A stretch of 64,000 nucleotides of DNA from an uncultured Pseudomonadota bacterium (GTDB lineage Bacteria; Pseudomonadota; Alphaproteobacteria; RF32; CAG-239). The stretch covers positions 1,893-65,892 of the forward strand of contig CAMRWU010000010.1 of the NCBI GenBank assembly GCA_947054505.1, read 5' to 3'. The notes beneath the pieces were generated by a model. That model had not been told where the DNA came from. It searched no databases and saw nothing but the letters and a program-made list of their open reading frames with translations. Below, one piece after another: positions 11,310-20,278 of this stretch; positions within the stretch are counted from its first letter, which is position 1, and each line of letters begins with the position of its first letter. The translations under genes were made by a program, and so were the position numbers.

Positions 11310-11702
11310 ATGGCAAAAGCAGTATCACAACGTGTTAAAAGGAAAGAAAAAAAGAATATTACGGCGGGTGTTGCTCACGTAAATTCTACTTTCAACAATA
11401 CAAGAATTACAATTACAGATGCTCAAGGTAATACTGTTTCTTGGGCTACCGCTGGTGCGCAGGGTTTTAAAGGTTCTCGTAAATCTACTCCGTATGCCGC
11501 TCAGGTTGCCGCTGAAGAAGCTGGTCGCAAGGCTCAGGAACATGGTATGAAAACTCTTGAAGTTGAAGTTAAAGGTCCGGGTTCAGGAAGAGAATCCGCC
11601 ATCAGAGCATTACAGGTTATCGGTTTTACCATCACAACAATCCGTGATGTGACTCCTATTCCGCACAACGGTTGTCGTTTGAGAAAAAGACGCCGCGTAT
11701 AG
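11310..11702 (+). CDS. rpsK: 30S ribosomal protein S11
   Basis: [25 protein letters not shown]. Confidence 0.99.
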   Translation: MAKAVSQRVKRKEKKNITAGVAHVNSTFNNTRITITDAQGNTVSWATAGAQGFKGSRKSTPYAAQVAAEEAGRKAQEHGMKTLEVEVKGPGSGRESAIRALQVIGFTITTIRDVTPIPHNGCRLRKRRRV

Positions 11703-11791
11703 TGTTTCTTTATGGAAAGTGAGGCTTTTAGAGCCTCACGTCTTTTCGTTTATAAAATTTGCATATGCACTAAAATTTAGAGGACATACCC

Positions 11792-12802
11792 GTGATTCAA
11801 AAGAATTGGCAAGAACTTATTAAACCAACAAATTTGGAAGTTACCCCTCTGGAAGGCGGTAATAAAGCCAAGATTGTGGTTGAACCTTTAGAAAGAGGCT
11901 TTGGCTTGACTTTAGGTAACGCAATCAGAAGAGTTTTACTCTCCTCTTTGCAAGGTGGTGCTGTTACCAGCATCAAGATTAACGGAGTCCTGCACGAGTT
12001 TTCTGTGGTTCCGGGTGTTAGAGAAGATGTTACCGACATCGTTCTGAATATTAAAGGTTTGGCCGTTGCTGTTCACAGCGAAGGTCAGAAGACTATGACT
12101 TTGAAGGCTGAAGGTCCTTGCGAAGTTACTGCCGGTATGATTGAAACCGGTCATGACGTTGAAATCAAAAATCCGGATTTGTTTATCTGCACATTGGATG
12201 CCGGTGCCAAAATCAATATGGAATTGACTGTTGGTACAGGTAAAGGTTATGTTCCGGCCGCTTTGAACAAATCTGCTGATTCTCCGATTGGAGTTATTCC
12301 GGTTGATGCGATTTATTCTCCGGTAAGAAAAGTTTCTTACAAAGTTGAGAATACCCGCGTTGGTCAGGCTACTGACTATGATAAATTGACAATGATTGTT
12401 GAAACCAACGGCGTTGTTACTCCGGAAGATGCTGTTGCATTCTCTGCTCGTATTTTGCAAGACCAGTTGAAGCCGTTCATCAACTTTGATGAGCCGGAAA
12501 ATGAGGTTGAAGTTGAGAAAGAAGAACTGCCGTTCAACAGAAATCTGTTGAAGAAAGTTGAAGAACTTGAATTGTCTGTTCGTTCTGCCAACTGCCTCAA
12601 AAACGATAATATTGTTTACATCGGTGATTTGGTTCAAAAGACAGAAGCTGAAATGTTGCGTACACCGAACTTCGGTCGTAAGTCTTTGAACGAAATTAAA
12701 GAAGTCTTGGCTAAAATGGGTATTCATTTGGGTATGGATACACCGGGTTGGCCGCCTGAGAATATTGAAGATTTGATTCGTCGTTGTGATGAACATTTCT
12801 AG
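11792..12802 (+). CDS. rpoA: RNA polymerase alpha subunit (GTG start)
   Basis: [46 protein letters not shown]. Confidence 0.99.
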   Translation: MIQKNWQELIKPTNLEVTPLEGGNKAKIVVEPLERGFGLTLGNAIRRVLLSSLQGGAVTSIKINGVLHEFSVVPGVREDVTDIVLNIKGLAVAVHSEGQKTMTLKAEGPCEVTAGMIETGHDVEIKNPDLFICTLDAGAKINMELTVGTGKGYVPAALNKSADSPIGVIPVDAIYSPVRKVSYKVENTRVGQATDYDKLTMIVETNGVVTPEDAVAFSARILQDQLKPFINFDEPENEVEVEKEELPFNRNLLKKVEELELSVRSANCLKNDNIVYIGDLVQKTEAEMLRTPNFGRKSLNEIKEVLAKMGIHLGMDTPGWPPENIEDLIRRCDEHF

Positions 12803-12808
12803 GAATTG

Positions 12809-12842
12809 AAAAAGCCCCCGCACTTAATGCGGGGGCTTTTTT
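12809..12842. terminator. Bidirectional intrinsic terminator directly after rpoA
   Basis: AAAAAGCCCCCGCA/TGCGGGGGCTTTTT perfect stem with A/T tails. Confidence 0.9.
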
Positions 12843-12859
12843 GTGTTTGGGGTAAATTT

Positions 12860-13303
12860 TTATTTTTGAACAAGAGACATATTTAGATTAACTTCTTCGT
12901 CTAGGTAGTACATATCACCCGTTATAGGATCAATAATCAAATAACCAATTAAACCTCCAATAACTAAGTTTCCTGCCCAATACCAAATACTAACATGCCA
13001 GTCAATAATATTAGTTTGTGTTTGAAAACCATCTTTCGAAGCTATAATGGTGTATTTTTCTGGGGTGAAATAGCCATTTTTAGCGGCTGTTTTTAGGGGT
13101 ATCACTGTCAGAGGTTGTCCTTCAAAAACAGTTTCTCCAGCTTTGTTAGTTATTTTTATATCCACTTTTTCAACGTTAGTTTTAATTGGAATCGCTTGAT
13201 TATTATCTTTCATCACAGTAGCTCAACTACTAAGATGGGTTGTAGAGATTCCAAGCATTAAGAATAAAAAAAAGTTTTTTTCATTTTTTGAACATCCTTT
13301 CAT
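12860..13303 (-). pseudogene. PEGA-like lipoprotein gene interrupted by TGA at the lipobox cysteine
   Basis: Frame reads MKGCSKNEKNFFLFLMLGISTTHLSS-TGA(13223-13225)-ATVMKDNNQ... and continues as the 118-aa ORF 12860..13216 (KDGF, WYWAGNLVIGGLIGYLIIDPITG). AT-rich, atypical codon usage. Confidence 0.65.
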
Positions 13304-13319
13304 TATTGTTAAAATAAAA

Positions 13320-13510
13320 CCCATCAGAAAAGGTGGGAGGATGTTCAGAAACCGTTCATAGATAAAGACGGCTCGGCTTATTTGGCAGAGCCTTATTCAC
13401 CGACATCCGTCCGATGGACAAGAAGCGGCGTATAATTTATTAGTCGCAATATACAGTGCGACTATCTATGATTAGGGTTTCTGATGCCCTAGATATGCAG
13501 AACATATCCG
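13320..13510 (-). ncRNA. Putative structured leader RNA (c4/Ash-like architecture)
   Basis: Long-range complementarity TCAGAAACC 13345-53 / GGTTTCTGA 13476-84 and TCATAGATA 13356-64 / TATCTATGA 13463-71, enclosing three internal hairpins. Confidence 0.45.
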
Positions 13511-13541
13511 ATTTTGACTGTAGATGAAAATATTGGATAAC

Positions 13542-13577
13542 AAAGAAAGCGCCATGGTATTCCATAGCGCTTTTTTT
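13542..13577 (-). terminator. Terminator after fabG
   Basis: AAAGCGC...GCGCTTT stem with inner CCATG/CCATA-region pairing and a T-rich flank. Confidence 0.7.
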
Positions 13578-13590
13578 GAGTTGAGGCAAT

Positions 13591-14328
13591 TTAAATCATT
13601 GCCATACCACCGTTGATATTGATGGTTTGACCTGTGATATACTGAGCTTCGTCAGAGGCCAAGAATGCAACAACGTTGGCGATGTCTTGTGCTTCACCGA
13701 GTTTGGCTTCCGGAATTTTAGCCAACAGAGCTTTTTTAACGTCTTCCGGCAGAACATCGGTCATCGGTGTTCTGATGAAGCCTGGGGCGATAGAGTTAAC
13801 TGTTACGCCGCGGGAACCAACTTCCTGAGCCAAGCATTTGTTCATGGCAATCATACCTGCTTTGGAGGCAGAGTAGTTAGCCTGACCGGCATTACCTGTT
13901 ACGCCCACAACAGAAGCGATACCGATGATGCGGCCGAAACGACGTTTCATCATGCCACGAACAGCGGCTTTAGCCAATTTGAAACCGGCTGACAAGTTAA
14001 CGTCCAAAACCAACTGCCAATCTTCATCGCTCATACGGATGAACAAGTTGTCGCGGGTCAAGCCTGCGTTGTTAACCAAAATGTCAATACGGCCCAATTT
14101 TTCTTCAACTTTTTCAACCAAGTTTTTTACGTCATCAGCGTTGGTCAGGTTAGCAGTGAAAACTTCAACATTGCTACCGAGTTCGGCTTTTAACTTCAAC
14201 ATCGGTTCTTCACGCATATCTGTCAAAGCCAAAGTTGCGCCCTGAGCATGCAGTGTGCGGGCAATTTTATCGCCGATACCGCCGGCGGCGCCGGTGATGA
14301 GAGCTACTTTACCATCTAATCTAAACAT
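13591..14328 (-). CDS. fabG: 3-oxoacyl-ACP reductase
   Basis: ALITGAAGGIG, LVNNAG, NYSASKAG (YxxxK), ININGGM; start MFRLDGK. Confidence 0.97.
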   Translation of the reverse strand: MFRLDGKVALITGAAGGIGDKIARTLHAQGATLALTDMREEPMLKLKAELGSNVEVFTANLTNADDVKNLVEKVEEKLGRIDILVNNAGLTRDNLFIRMSDEDWQLVLDVNLSAGFKLAKAAVRGMMKRRFGRIIGIASVVGVTGNAGQANYSASKAGMIAMNKCLAQEVGSRGVTVNSIAPGFIRTPMTDVLPEDVKKALLAKIPEAKLGEAQDIANVVAFLASDEAQYITGQTININGGMAMI

Positions 14329-14376
14329 ATTTTTTCCTTTCACGGGTGTGCTTTTGAATATCAGCAAGCACAACCT

Positions 14377-15327
14377 TTATTTCTGTAATGTTTTTGCCAA
14401 TTCTTCAATCTCGGCAACAGAGCCGGCAGAAATGGCGGTTATTCCTTTTTTACTGCGGTTGATGATACCGGAGAGCACTTTTCCGGCTCCCAGTTCGGCA
14501 ACATTTTCAACATTCTGTTCAGCCAGATAATCAACCGTTTCTCGCCAGCGGACAGAGCCGGTGACTTGTTTGACCAAGTTGGCAACGATTGTTTCGGCGT
14601 TGTCAACTGCGGCGGCAGCCACATTGGAAATTAACGGTACGGTAGGTGTGTGAGCCTTTACTTGTTGCAAAGCTTCGGCCATAACTTCTGCCGCCGGTTG
14701 CATCAACGGGCTGTGAAAAGGGGCGCTGACCGGAAGTTTGATGCAACGTTTGGCACCAAATTCCGAAGCAATTTCGACCGCCTTTTCAATCGCGGCCAGA
14801 TGTCCGGACAAAACAACTTGTCCATCAGCATTATCATTGGCGGCAACACAGATGTTTTTTTCATCGGCACAAGCTTCTGCCAGAGCAGAAACATCTTGAT
14901 AAGAGGCGCCGATGACCGCAGCCATTCCTCCGACCCCGACGGGAACAGCCTTTTGCATGGCGTCGCCGCGGGTACGGAGTAATTTAGCCGTATCAGTCAA
15001 TGAGAATACACCGGCAGCACAGGCGGCAGAGTATTCACCCAAAGAGTGACCAGCTACAAAACTCGCATAATCTTTTATTGAAATTCCAAAGTCTTTTTCA
15101 AGAATTCTGACCACAGCCATTGAGTGCGCCATCAGCGCCGGCTGTGCGTTTGATGTTAAAATCAAATTGCTTTCAGGTCCTTCGACCATAATCTTAAACA
15201 AATCTTGTGAAAGCGCATCATTAACTTCCTGAAAAACATCACGGGCCGAAGCAAAATTATCGGCCAACTCTTTTCCCATTCCGACAAACTGAGATCCTTG
15301 TCCGGGGAAGACAAAAGTGTATTTCAT
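14377..15327 (-). CDS. fabD: Malonyl-CoA:ACP transacylase
   Basis: FPGQGSQ, AGHSLGEY, LPVSAPFHS. Confidence 0.98.
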   Translation of the reverse strand: MKYTFVFPGQGSQFVGMGKELADNFASARDVFQEVNDALSQDLFKIMVEGPESNLILTSNAQPALMAHSMAVVRILEKDFGISIKDYASFVAGHSLGEYSAACAAGVFSLTDTAKLLRTRGDAMQKAVPVGVGGMAAVIGASYQDVSALAEACADEKNICVAANDNADGQVVLSGHLAAIEKAVEIASEFGAKRCIKLPVSAPFHSPLMQPAAEVMAEALQQVKAHTPTVPLISNVAAAAVDNAETIVANLVKQVTGSVRWRETVDYLAEQNVENVAELGAGKVLSGIINRSKKGITAISAGSVAEIEELAKTLQK

Positions 15328-15491
15328 TTATTTAACGTTCCTTATTATTAATATCTTGAGAATCTTTATAGATTGAGGGCTAAAAGTCAAGTTTTAAAAG
15401 CCGGTTATGCGCTGTTTGCTGTTTGTTAAGACAATTTTGAGAAATTGGCGTTATACTTTTGCCGAATTCTGCATTTTTACAGGTAAAGTCA

Positions 15492-17756
15492 ATGGCAAAA
15501 AAGAAGAAAAAAGAAAAAACATTGTGGGCAAAAATCGGTTGGCGATTATTGGGGTTGGCAATTATGTTATGGGTTGTCAGCTTGTGGGGTTCCTTCTTGT
15601 TTTATCATCATTCCGACAGCGCTGTTAATGTGGCGTCGGCTCATCCGGTGCAAAACTTTTTAGGTTTGTACGGAGCTGCTAATGCGGATGTGATTTTGAC
15701 ATGGATGGGGCTTGCCGTGCCGGTGTTTTTATTGGCAGTGTTTTTGTGGGGATATAGTTTTTTGCGCCTCAGGAGTTTGGTTCATCCGTATTGGCGTGTC
15801 TTTGCCTTTGTTATGGGAACGGTGTCTTTAGCGATTTTTGTCAGTTTGTTGCGGCCGTATTGGGGGGAGTTGAAAACCGGCGGTAATATCGGTTTGTTTT
15901 TATCTCGCCAATTTATGACGCTTTTGAATCGTTTTCATGCGTTTGCTTACGGGCGTTATTTGCTGGCGGCCGTGTTTGGTGTTGTTTCGTTGTTAGCTTT
16001 TAATCTGGCCTGCGGACTGACGTTAAAAGAATGGTACCAGACTTTCAAAAGGATTGTGCTGTTTGTGGTGGCGGCGGTCGTCGCTTGCGGAGAGGGCGTG
16101 AAATCTTTGTTTGCCAAACTGAAAGCGCATCCGACAGAAGAAAAGCCGCGGCGCAAACGTGAGCCTAAAGCCAGAAAAGAGCCTAAACTCGCGGAGGAGA
16201 AAGAAAAAACATCCGTCAAAAAGCCTCAGGAAGTTAAAATTTCAAAACCCAAAAAAGTTGATGACGGTTATCGTTGTCCGGATTTGAATTTGTTGACCTT
16301 AAACAAAGAAAAGGTTGCTAATGTCAATCAGAAAGAATTGGATAAAATCGCACTGGATTTGGAAGGTGTTTTGCAGGAATTCGGTGTTAACGGTAAGATT
16401 GTGAAAGTACGCCCCGGTCCGGTGGTAACCTTATATGAGCTTGAACCGGCTCCGGGGACGAAAAGCGCACGAGTTATCGGATTGGCGGATGATATCGCTC
16501 GTTCAATGAGTGCTGTTTCGGTGCGTATTGCCGTGGTTCCGGGGTCTAATACCATAGGTATTGAGTTGCCTAATCCGAAGCGGGAAATTGTTTATTTGCG
16601 TGAACTGCTGGAAAGCGGTGATTTTAAGGAGTCAAGTGCGGCGCTGACAATTACCTTGGGTAAGGATATCGGAGGTAAAAACGTTTATGCGGATTTGGCA
16701 AAAATGCCTCACTTGCTGGTTGCCGGTACAACCGGTTCCGGTAAGTCCGTTGGTGTAAACTCAATGATTATTTCTCTACTTTATCGGATGCGTCCGGATG
16801 AATGCAAGCTGATTATGATTGATCCGAAAATGCTTGAGTTTACTATGTATAACGGTATTCCGCATTTGTTAACGCCGGTTATTACCGATCCTGCGAAAGC
16901 TGTTATCGGTTTGAAATGGGCTGTGAAGGAAATGGAAGACCGTTATCGTGCAATGGCAAAACTGAATGTTCGTAATATTACCGGCTATAATAAACGGTTG
17001 GAAGAGTTGCGTTCAACGGGTGAAAAGGTTATGCGCACCGTGCAGACCGGTTTTGATATGGAAACCGGAAAACCGATTTTTGAAGAACAGGAATTGGATT
17101 TGACACCGTTGCCGTATATCGTCATTGTGGTTGATGAAATGGCCGATTTGATGTTGGTGGCCGGTAAGGATGTGGAAGCCGCCATTCAGCGTTTGGCGCA
17201 GATGGCTCGTGCGGCCGGAATCCATTTGATTATGTCAACTCAACGTCCGTCAGTGGATGTGATTACCGGTACGATTAAAGCGAATTTTCCGACGCGTATC
17301 AGTTTTCAAGTTACGTCCAAAATTGACAGTCGTACGATTTTAGGCGAACAGGGAGCAGAGCAACTTCTGGGGATGGGCGATATGTTGTATATGCCGGCCG
17401 GACAACGCCCGAATCGTGTTCATGCACCGTTTGTAAAAGATAGTGAAGTTGAGGCGGTTGTCGAATTTTTGAAATCACAGAAAGAACCGGAATATGTTGA
17501 GGCGGTGACCGAAGGTGAATTGAATACTGATAAAGGCGGTGCTGTTTTTGACAAAGGTGACTTTAGTGGCGGTGGTGATGAAGATTTGTATTCTCAGGCT
17601 GTTGCCATTGTGCAGTCAGATAAAAAAGCTTCAACCAGCTATATTCAGCGTCGGTTGAGAATCGGCTATAATCGAGCTGCTTCTCTTATTGACCGTATGG
17701 AACAAGAGGGGATTATATCGGCGGCTGATCATGTGGGGCGGCGCGAAGTCCTTTAA
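15492..17756 (+). CDS. ftsK: DNA translocase FtsK
   Basis: N-terminal TM segments, PGPVVTLYE, Walker A AGTTGSGKS, VDEMADLM, C-terminal gamma domain QRRLRIGYNRAA. Confidence 0.98.
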   Translation: MAKKKKKEKTLWAKIGWRLLGLAIMLWVVSLWGSFLFYHHSDSAVNVASAHPVQNFLGLYGAANADVILTWMGLAVPVFLLAVFLWGYSFLRLRSLVHPYWRVFAFVMGTVSLAIFVSLLRPYWGELKTGGNIGLFLSRQFMTLLNRFHAFAYGRYLLAAVFGVVSLLAFNLACGLTLKEWYQTFKRIVLFVVAAVVACGEGVKSLFAKLKAHPTEEKPRRKREPKARKEPKLAEEKEKTSVKKPQEVKISKPKKVDDGYRCPDLNLLTLNKEKVANVNQKELDKIALDLEGVLQEFGVNGKIVKVRPGPVVTLYELEPAPGTKSARVIGLADDIARSMSAVSVRIAVVPGSNTIGIELPNPKREIVYLRELLESGDFKESSAALTITLGKDIGGKNVYADLAKMPHLLVAGTTGSGKSVGVNSMIISLLYRMRPDECKLIMIDPKMLEFTMYNGIPHLLTPVITDPAKAVIGLKWAVKEMEDRYRAMAKLNVRNITGYNKRLEELRSTGEKVMRTVQTGFDMETGKPIFEEQELDLTPLPYIVIVVDEMADLMLVAGKDVEAAIQRLAQMARAAGIHLIMSTQRPSVDVITGTIKANFPTRISFQVTSKIDSRTILGEQGAEQLLGMGDMLYMPAGQRPNRVHAPFVKDSEVEAVVEFLKSQKEPEYVEAVTEGELNTDKGGAVFDKGDFSGGGDEDLYSQAVAIVQSDKKASTSYIQRRLRIGYNRAASLIDRMEQEGIISAADHVGRREVL

Positions 17757-17899
17757 AAAGTCATCAATTGGAAAGGGTGTTGCAGTCCGTCCGGAGTTAT
17801 TCTCTAACCTTATTAGATAAATATCGGGTAGCGATATATCTTGATTAATTTTGTTTTTCCGATTATATCTGACAATAAGAAGAAATAAGGAGAAAATAT

Positions 17900-18277
17900 A
17901 TGGCTGAGAATAAAGAGCCGTCACAGCGTCAATTGCGTGTGGGACAAGAAATCAAAAGAATTATTGCCGGAGAGATTGAGCGAGATGAAGTGCGCAACTT
18001 GGAAGGTATTGAGGTGATGGTAACGATTATGGAAGCCAGAGTAGCGCCTGATTTGAAGTATTGTAATGTTTATTTTATCACTTCTGATGATGCGAAAAAC
18101 GAAGAAGTGCGTGAAGCTTTACAATTGGCGGCTAATCATTTTCGCAAGGTTATCGGCCGCAAGACAGAGTTACGTTATGTGCCGGAGATTAATTTCCGTA
18201 TCGATAATAGTTTTGCAGAGGTTGATAAGATTGAGAAGCTTTTGCGGAATCCCAAGGTTGCTCAAGATTTGCAATAG
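17900..18277 (+). CDS. rbfA: Ribosome-binding factor A
   Basis: SQRQLRVGQEIK, VAPDL, LRYVPEINFRID.S. Confidence 0.95.
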   Translation: MAENKEPSQRQLRVGQEIKRIIAGEIERDEVRNLEGIEVMVTIMEARVAPDLKYCNVYFITSDDAKNEEVREALQLAANHFRKVIGRKTELRYVPEINFRIDNSFAEVDKIEKLLRNPKVAQDLQ

Positions 18278-18283
18278 TTTATG

Positions 18284-18306
18284 AAACCGCCGAAAGGCGG
18301 TTTTTT
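18284..18306 (+). terminator. Terminator after rbfA
   Basis: AAACCGCC-GAAA-GGCGGTTTTTT. Confidence 0.9.
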
Positions 18307-18307
18307 C

Positions 18308-18336
18308 TTGACTCCGAAGCAAAGAGAAGGTACGAC
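18308..18336 (+). promoter_or_regulatory. Putative promoter of the orphan ORF at 18372
   Basis: TTGACT, 17 bp, TACGAC. Confidence 0.5.
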
Positions 18337-18371
18337 TCGTTCATTAAATCTTATAATTAATTTTTACAATT

Positions 18372-18863
18372 ATGAAACCGATGTCAATTTTTCAAGTCAT
18401 TCGTATTGATGATACCCGAGTGGTTATTCGTCATTACAACGAAGAGACAGACAGATTTGAAAAAATCTGTTCTGCGCGAGATGATGCTTCTCTTTCCATG
18501 CAACCGCGCAATTATCGCTTGATCCGCGAGAAACTGCTGATTACTCCAGAAGGAAAAATCTGTTACAATTATCAGGGACGCCTCTGTTATCTGGGGGATC
18601 GATCTCAGTTGGTTACGGTTCTGGAAGCAACAACCGATGCGTTACTGATGCTGGATGTTTTCGCTCTGCATTTGCCGTTTCGTTATTTGTTTATTCCCGA
18701 GCAAGGCGAGTGGTTCGAAGAGGTCATTTCTTATAAAGAAATTGAGGGAGGTCTTGAGCTTCAGGTCGCTCCCAAACGATGGGTGAAATGCACTCTGCGG
18801 ACAGAGAGCTATAATGATCCGGAGTATGGACCCACGAGTTATACGATGTTGTGTCGTAGATGA
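18372..18863 (+). CDS. Hypothetical protein (163 aa, beta-rich, orphan-like)
   Basis: Only long ORF between two terminators; own promoter; no motif recognised. Confidence 0.8.
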   Translation: MKPMSIFQVIRIDDTRVVIRHYNEETDRFEKICSARDDASLSMQPRNYRLIREKLLITPEGKICYNYQGRLCYLGDRSQLVTVLEATTDALLMLDVFALHLPFRYLFIPEQGEWFEEVISYKEIEGGLELQVAPKRWVKCTLRTESYNDPEYGPTSYTMLCRR

Positions 18864-18864
18864 T

Positions 18865-18897
18865 AAAAACCGGTGTTGCTTGGCAACACCGGTTTTT
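18865..18897 (+). terminator. Terminator
   Basis: AAAAACCGGTGTTG-CTTGG-CAACACCGGTTTTT perfect 14-bp stem. Confidence 0.9.
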
Positions 18898-18967
18898 GAA
18901 TTGACTCTTTTTTCGATTTGTTCTAATTTTTGGACAGAAAAGCAGAATTATTAAATATATTATTGGT

Positions 18968-20176
18968 ATGAAGAAATCAAAACATTATCGAGTCATCCAA
19001 ACTGTGGAACTGCAAGTTTGGGATGGCAAAGAACAAGCTTTTAAAACAGTGGTGGAGAAAGCTTCGTTTTTCAAAGAAGATGACAAGCAATTGTTTATCG
19101 GGCAAAGCGCGAAAAAATGTACGCTCTATGCTAAGACAAACAAAGGTTTGGTTGCCGGTCCCAGCATGTTTACTCGTGCGGAATATCTTGGCGGTGCATT
19201 CATCTACAGCAAAGGGCGTCAGTGGTTTCTGCAATTTCTCAATTCTGAGGATTGTGCGGCACTGGGGCGCGATGCGACCTATCAATGCATTGGCGGTCTT
19301 TATGTGATTGAGGCGTATAGTGTTAAACGACGCGACAGCATTGTCTTTCTTTACTCTCCTCAAACACAAGAGCTTTCCATGTGGTATGATACTTATTATC
19401 AGACAGATGCTTCTGCGAAATTCGGTGTTATACTGCGACAAGGGAACGATTATATCCATATCAGCGTTACGCAGAAAAAGAAATTGCTGGGTCGTTACGA
19501 CAAGGCCGGCGATTACTTCTGGCGGCGTAGTGATGCCGGTACTTTTATCGTTTCTTACGTCACGGATGACGGCAGAAGATGGGAAAGCGAGCGATATTGC
19601 GATTTGTCAATGTATCAGGTTCCGTATTGTGCTTTCGGTGAAAGTGCTTATAAGCATCATTCCCGTGTTGCAACCAAGTTTAACGGATCTTTTGATATCA
19701 TCAAACAAGCAACCGTTCAAGAATGGCTGGCTCCCCGCGGATTGAAAGATGATATGAGAGGCATTTGCCTTCTTCTGGAAGCGGGAGACGAGGCAAAAAC
19801 AATTCCGATGCGGATTGCTGTCGGTTGTCCGGAGCGGTATGGTGTCGCTCGTTACAGGAAGGTCTTTGAAGGCGAGGTCTATCTTCAGTGGTTCAATCTT
19901 ATTGTCGTCAAACGCGGCGAGTGGTTTGTTCTGTATCATATCGACAGACGGGGAATGTTGACGGAAATTGAACGTTCCTCGGTGTTGGATTACAACCCTG
20001 GAAAGTTTTGGTGTCAAGCGCCGTATGGCCCTTATGCCGAAGTAGACTATTGGGGGGAAGAAGGTATCAGACTTGCCAAAGAAACGACATGGCATTGGAG
20101 GTTGAGCCAATTTACCCGCCCACGGTTGGACTGTTCGCCGAAACGTAGTTGGTGGCGCCGGCTTTTAAATCTGTAA
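18968..20176 (+). CDS. Hypothetical protein (402 aa, aromatic/beta-rich, orphan-like)
   Basis: Long uninterrupted ORF; upstream TTGACT-17-TAATTT (18901-18929); no motif recognised. Confidence 0.85.
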   Translation: MKKSKHYRVIQTVELQVWDGKEQAFKTVVEKASFFKEDDKQLFIGQSAKKCTLYAKTNKGLVAGPSMFTRAEYLGGAFIYSKGRQWFLQFLNSEDCAALGRDATYQCIGGLYVIEAYSVKRRDSIVFLYSPQTQELSMWYDTYYQTDASAKFGVILRQGNDYIHISVTQKKKLLGRYDKAGDYFWRRSDAGTFIVSYVTDDGRRWESERYCDLSMYQVPYCAFGESAYKHHSRVATKFNGSFDIIKQATVQEWLAPRGLKDDMRGICLLLEAGDEAKTIPMRIAVGCPERYGVARYRKVFEGEVYLQWFNLIVVKRGEWFVLYHIDRRGMLTEIERSSVLDYNPGKFWCQAPYGPYAEVDYWGEEGIRLAKETTWHWRLSQFTRPRLDCSPKRSWWRRLLNL

Positions 20177-20278
20177 ACTGAGTTGACGGCTTCGGAGAAA
20201 TCCGGAGCCTTCGGCTTTTTTAAACGCGTTGACAAGTCGGGGGCTTTCTTTTATGAAAGAACAAACAGGAGATTTTTT

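Noticed and set aside
11936-12823. Long antisense ORFs (also 22742..23680, 43527..44351, 9312..9941, 61565..62308, 37395..38093, 29116..29586)
   Set aside because: They are shadows of well-supported genes on the opposite strand, with no ribosome-binding sites or motifs; this is expected from biased codon usage.
13320-13510. tRNA gene or integration-site remnant
   Set aside because: Multi-stem, but with no T-arm GTTCRA, D-arm, 7-bp acceptor stem or CCA; no att-like duplicate was found.
15330-17900. dif site near ftsK, or at the 35437 palindrome
   Set aside because: No XerC/XerD 11-6-11 arrangement with a TTATGTTAAA-like arm was seen.
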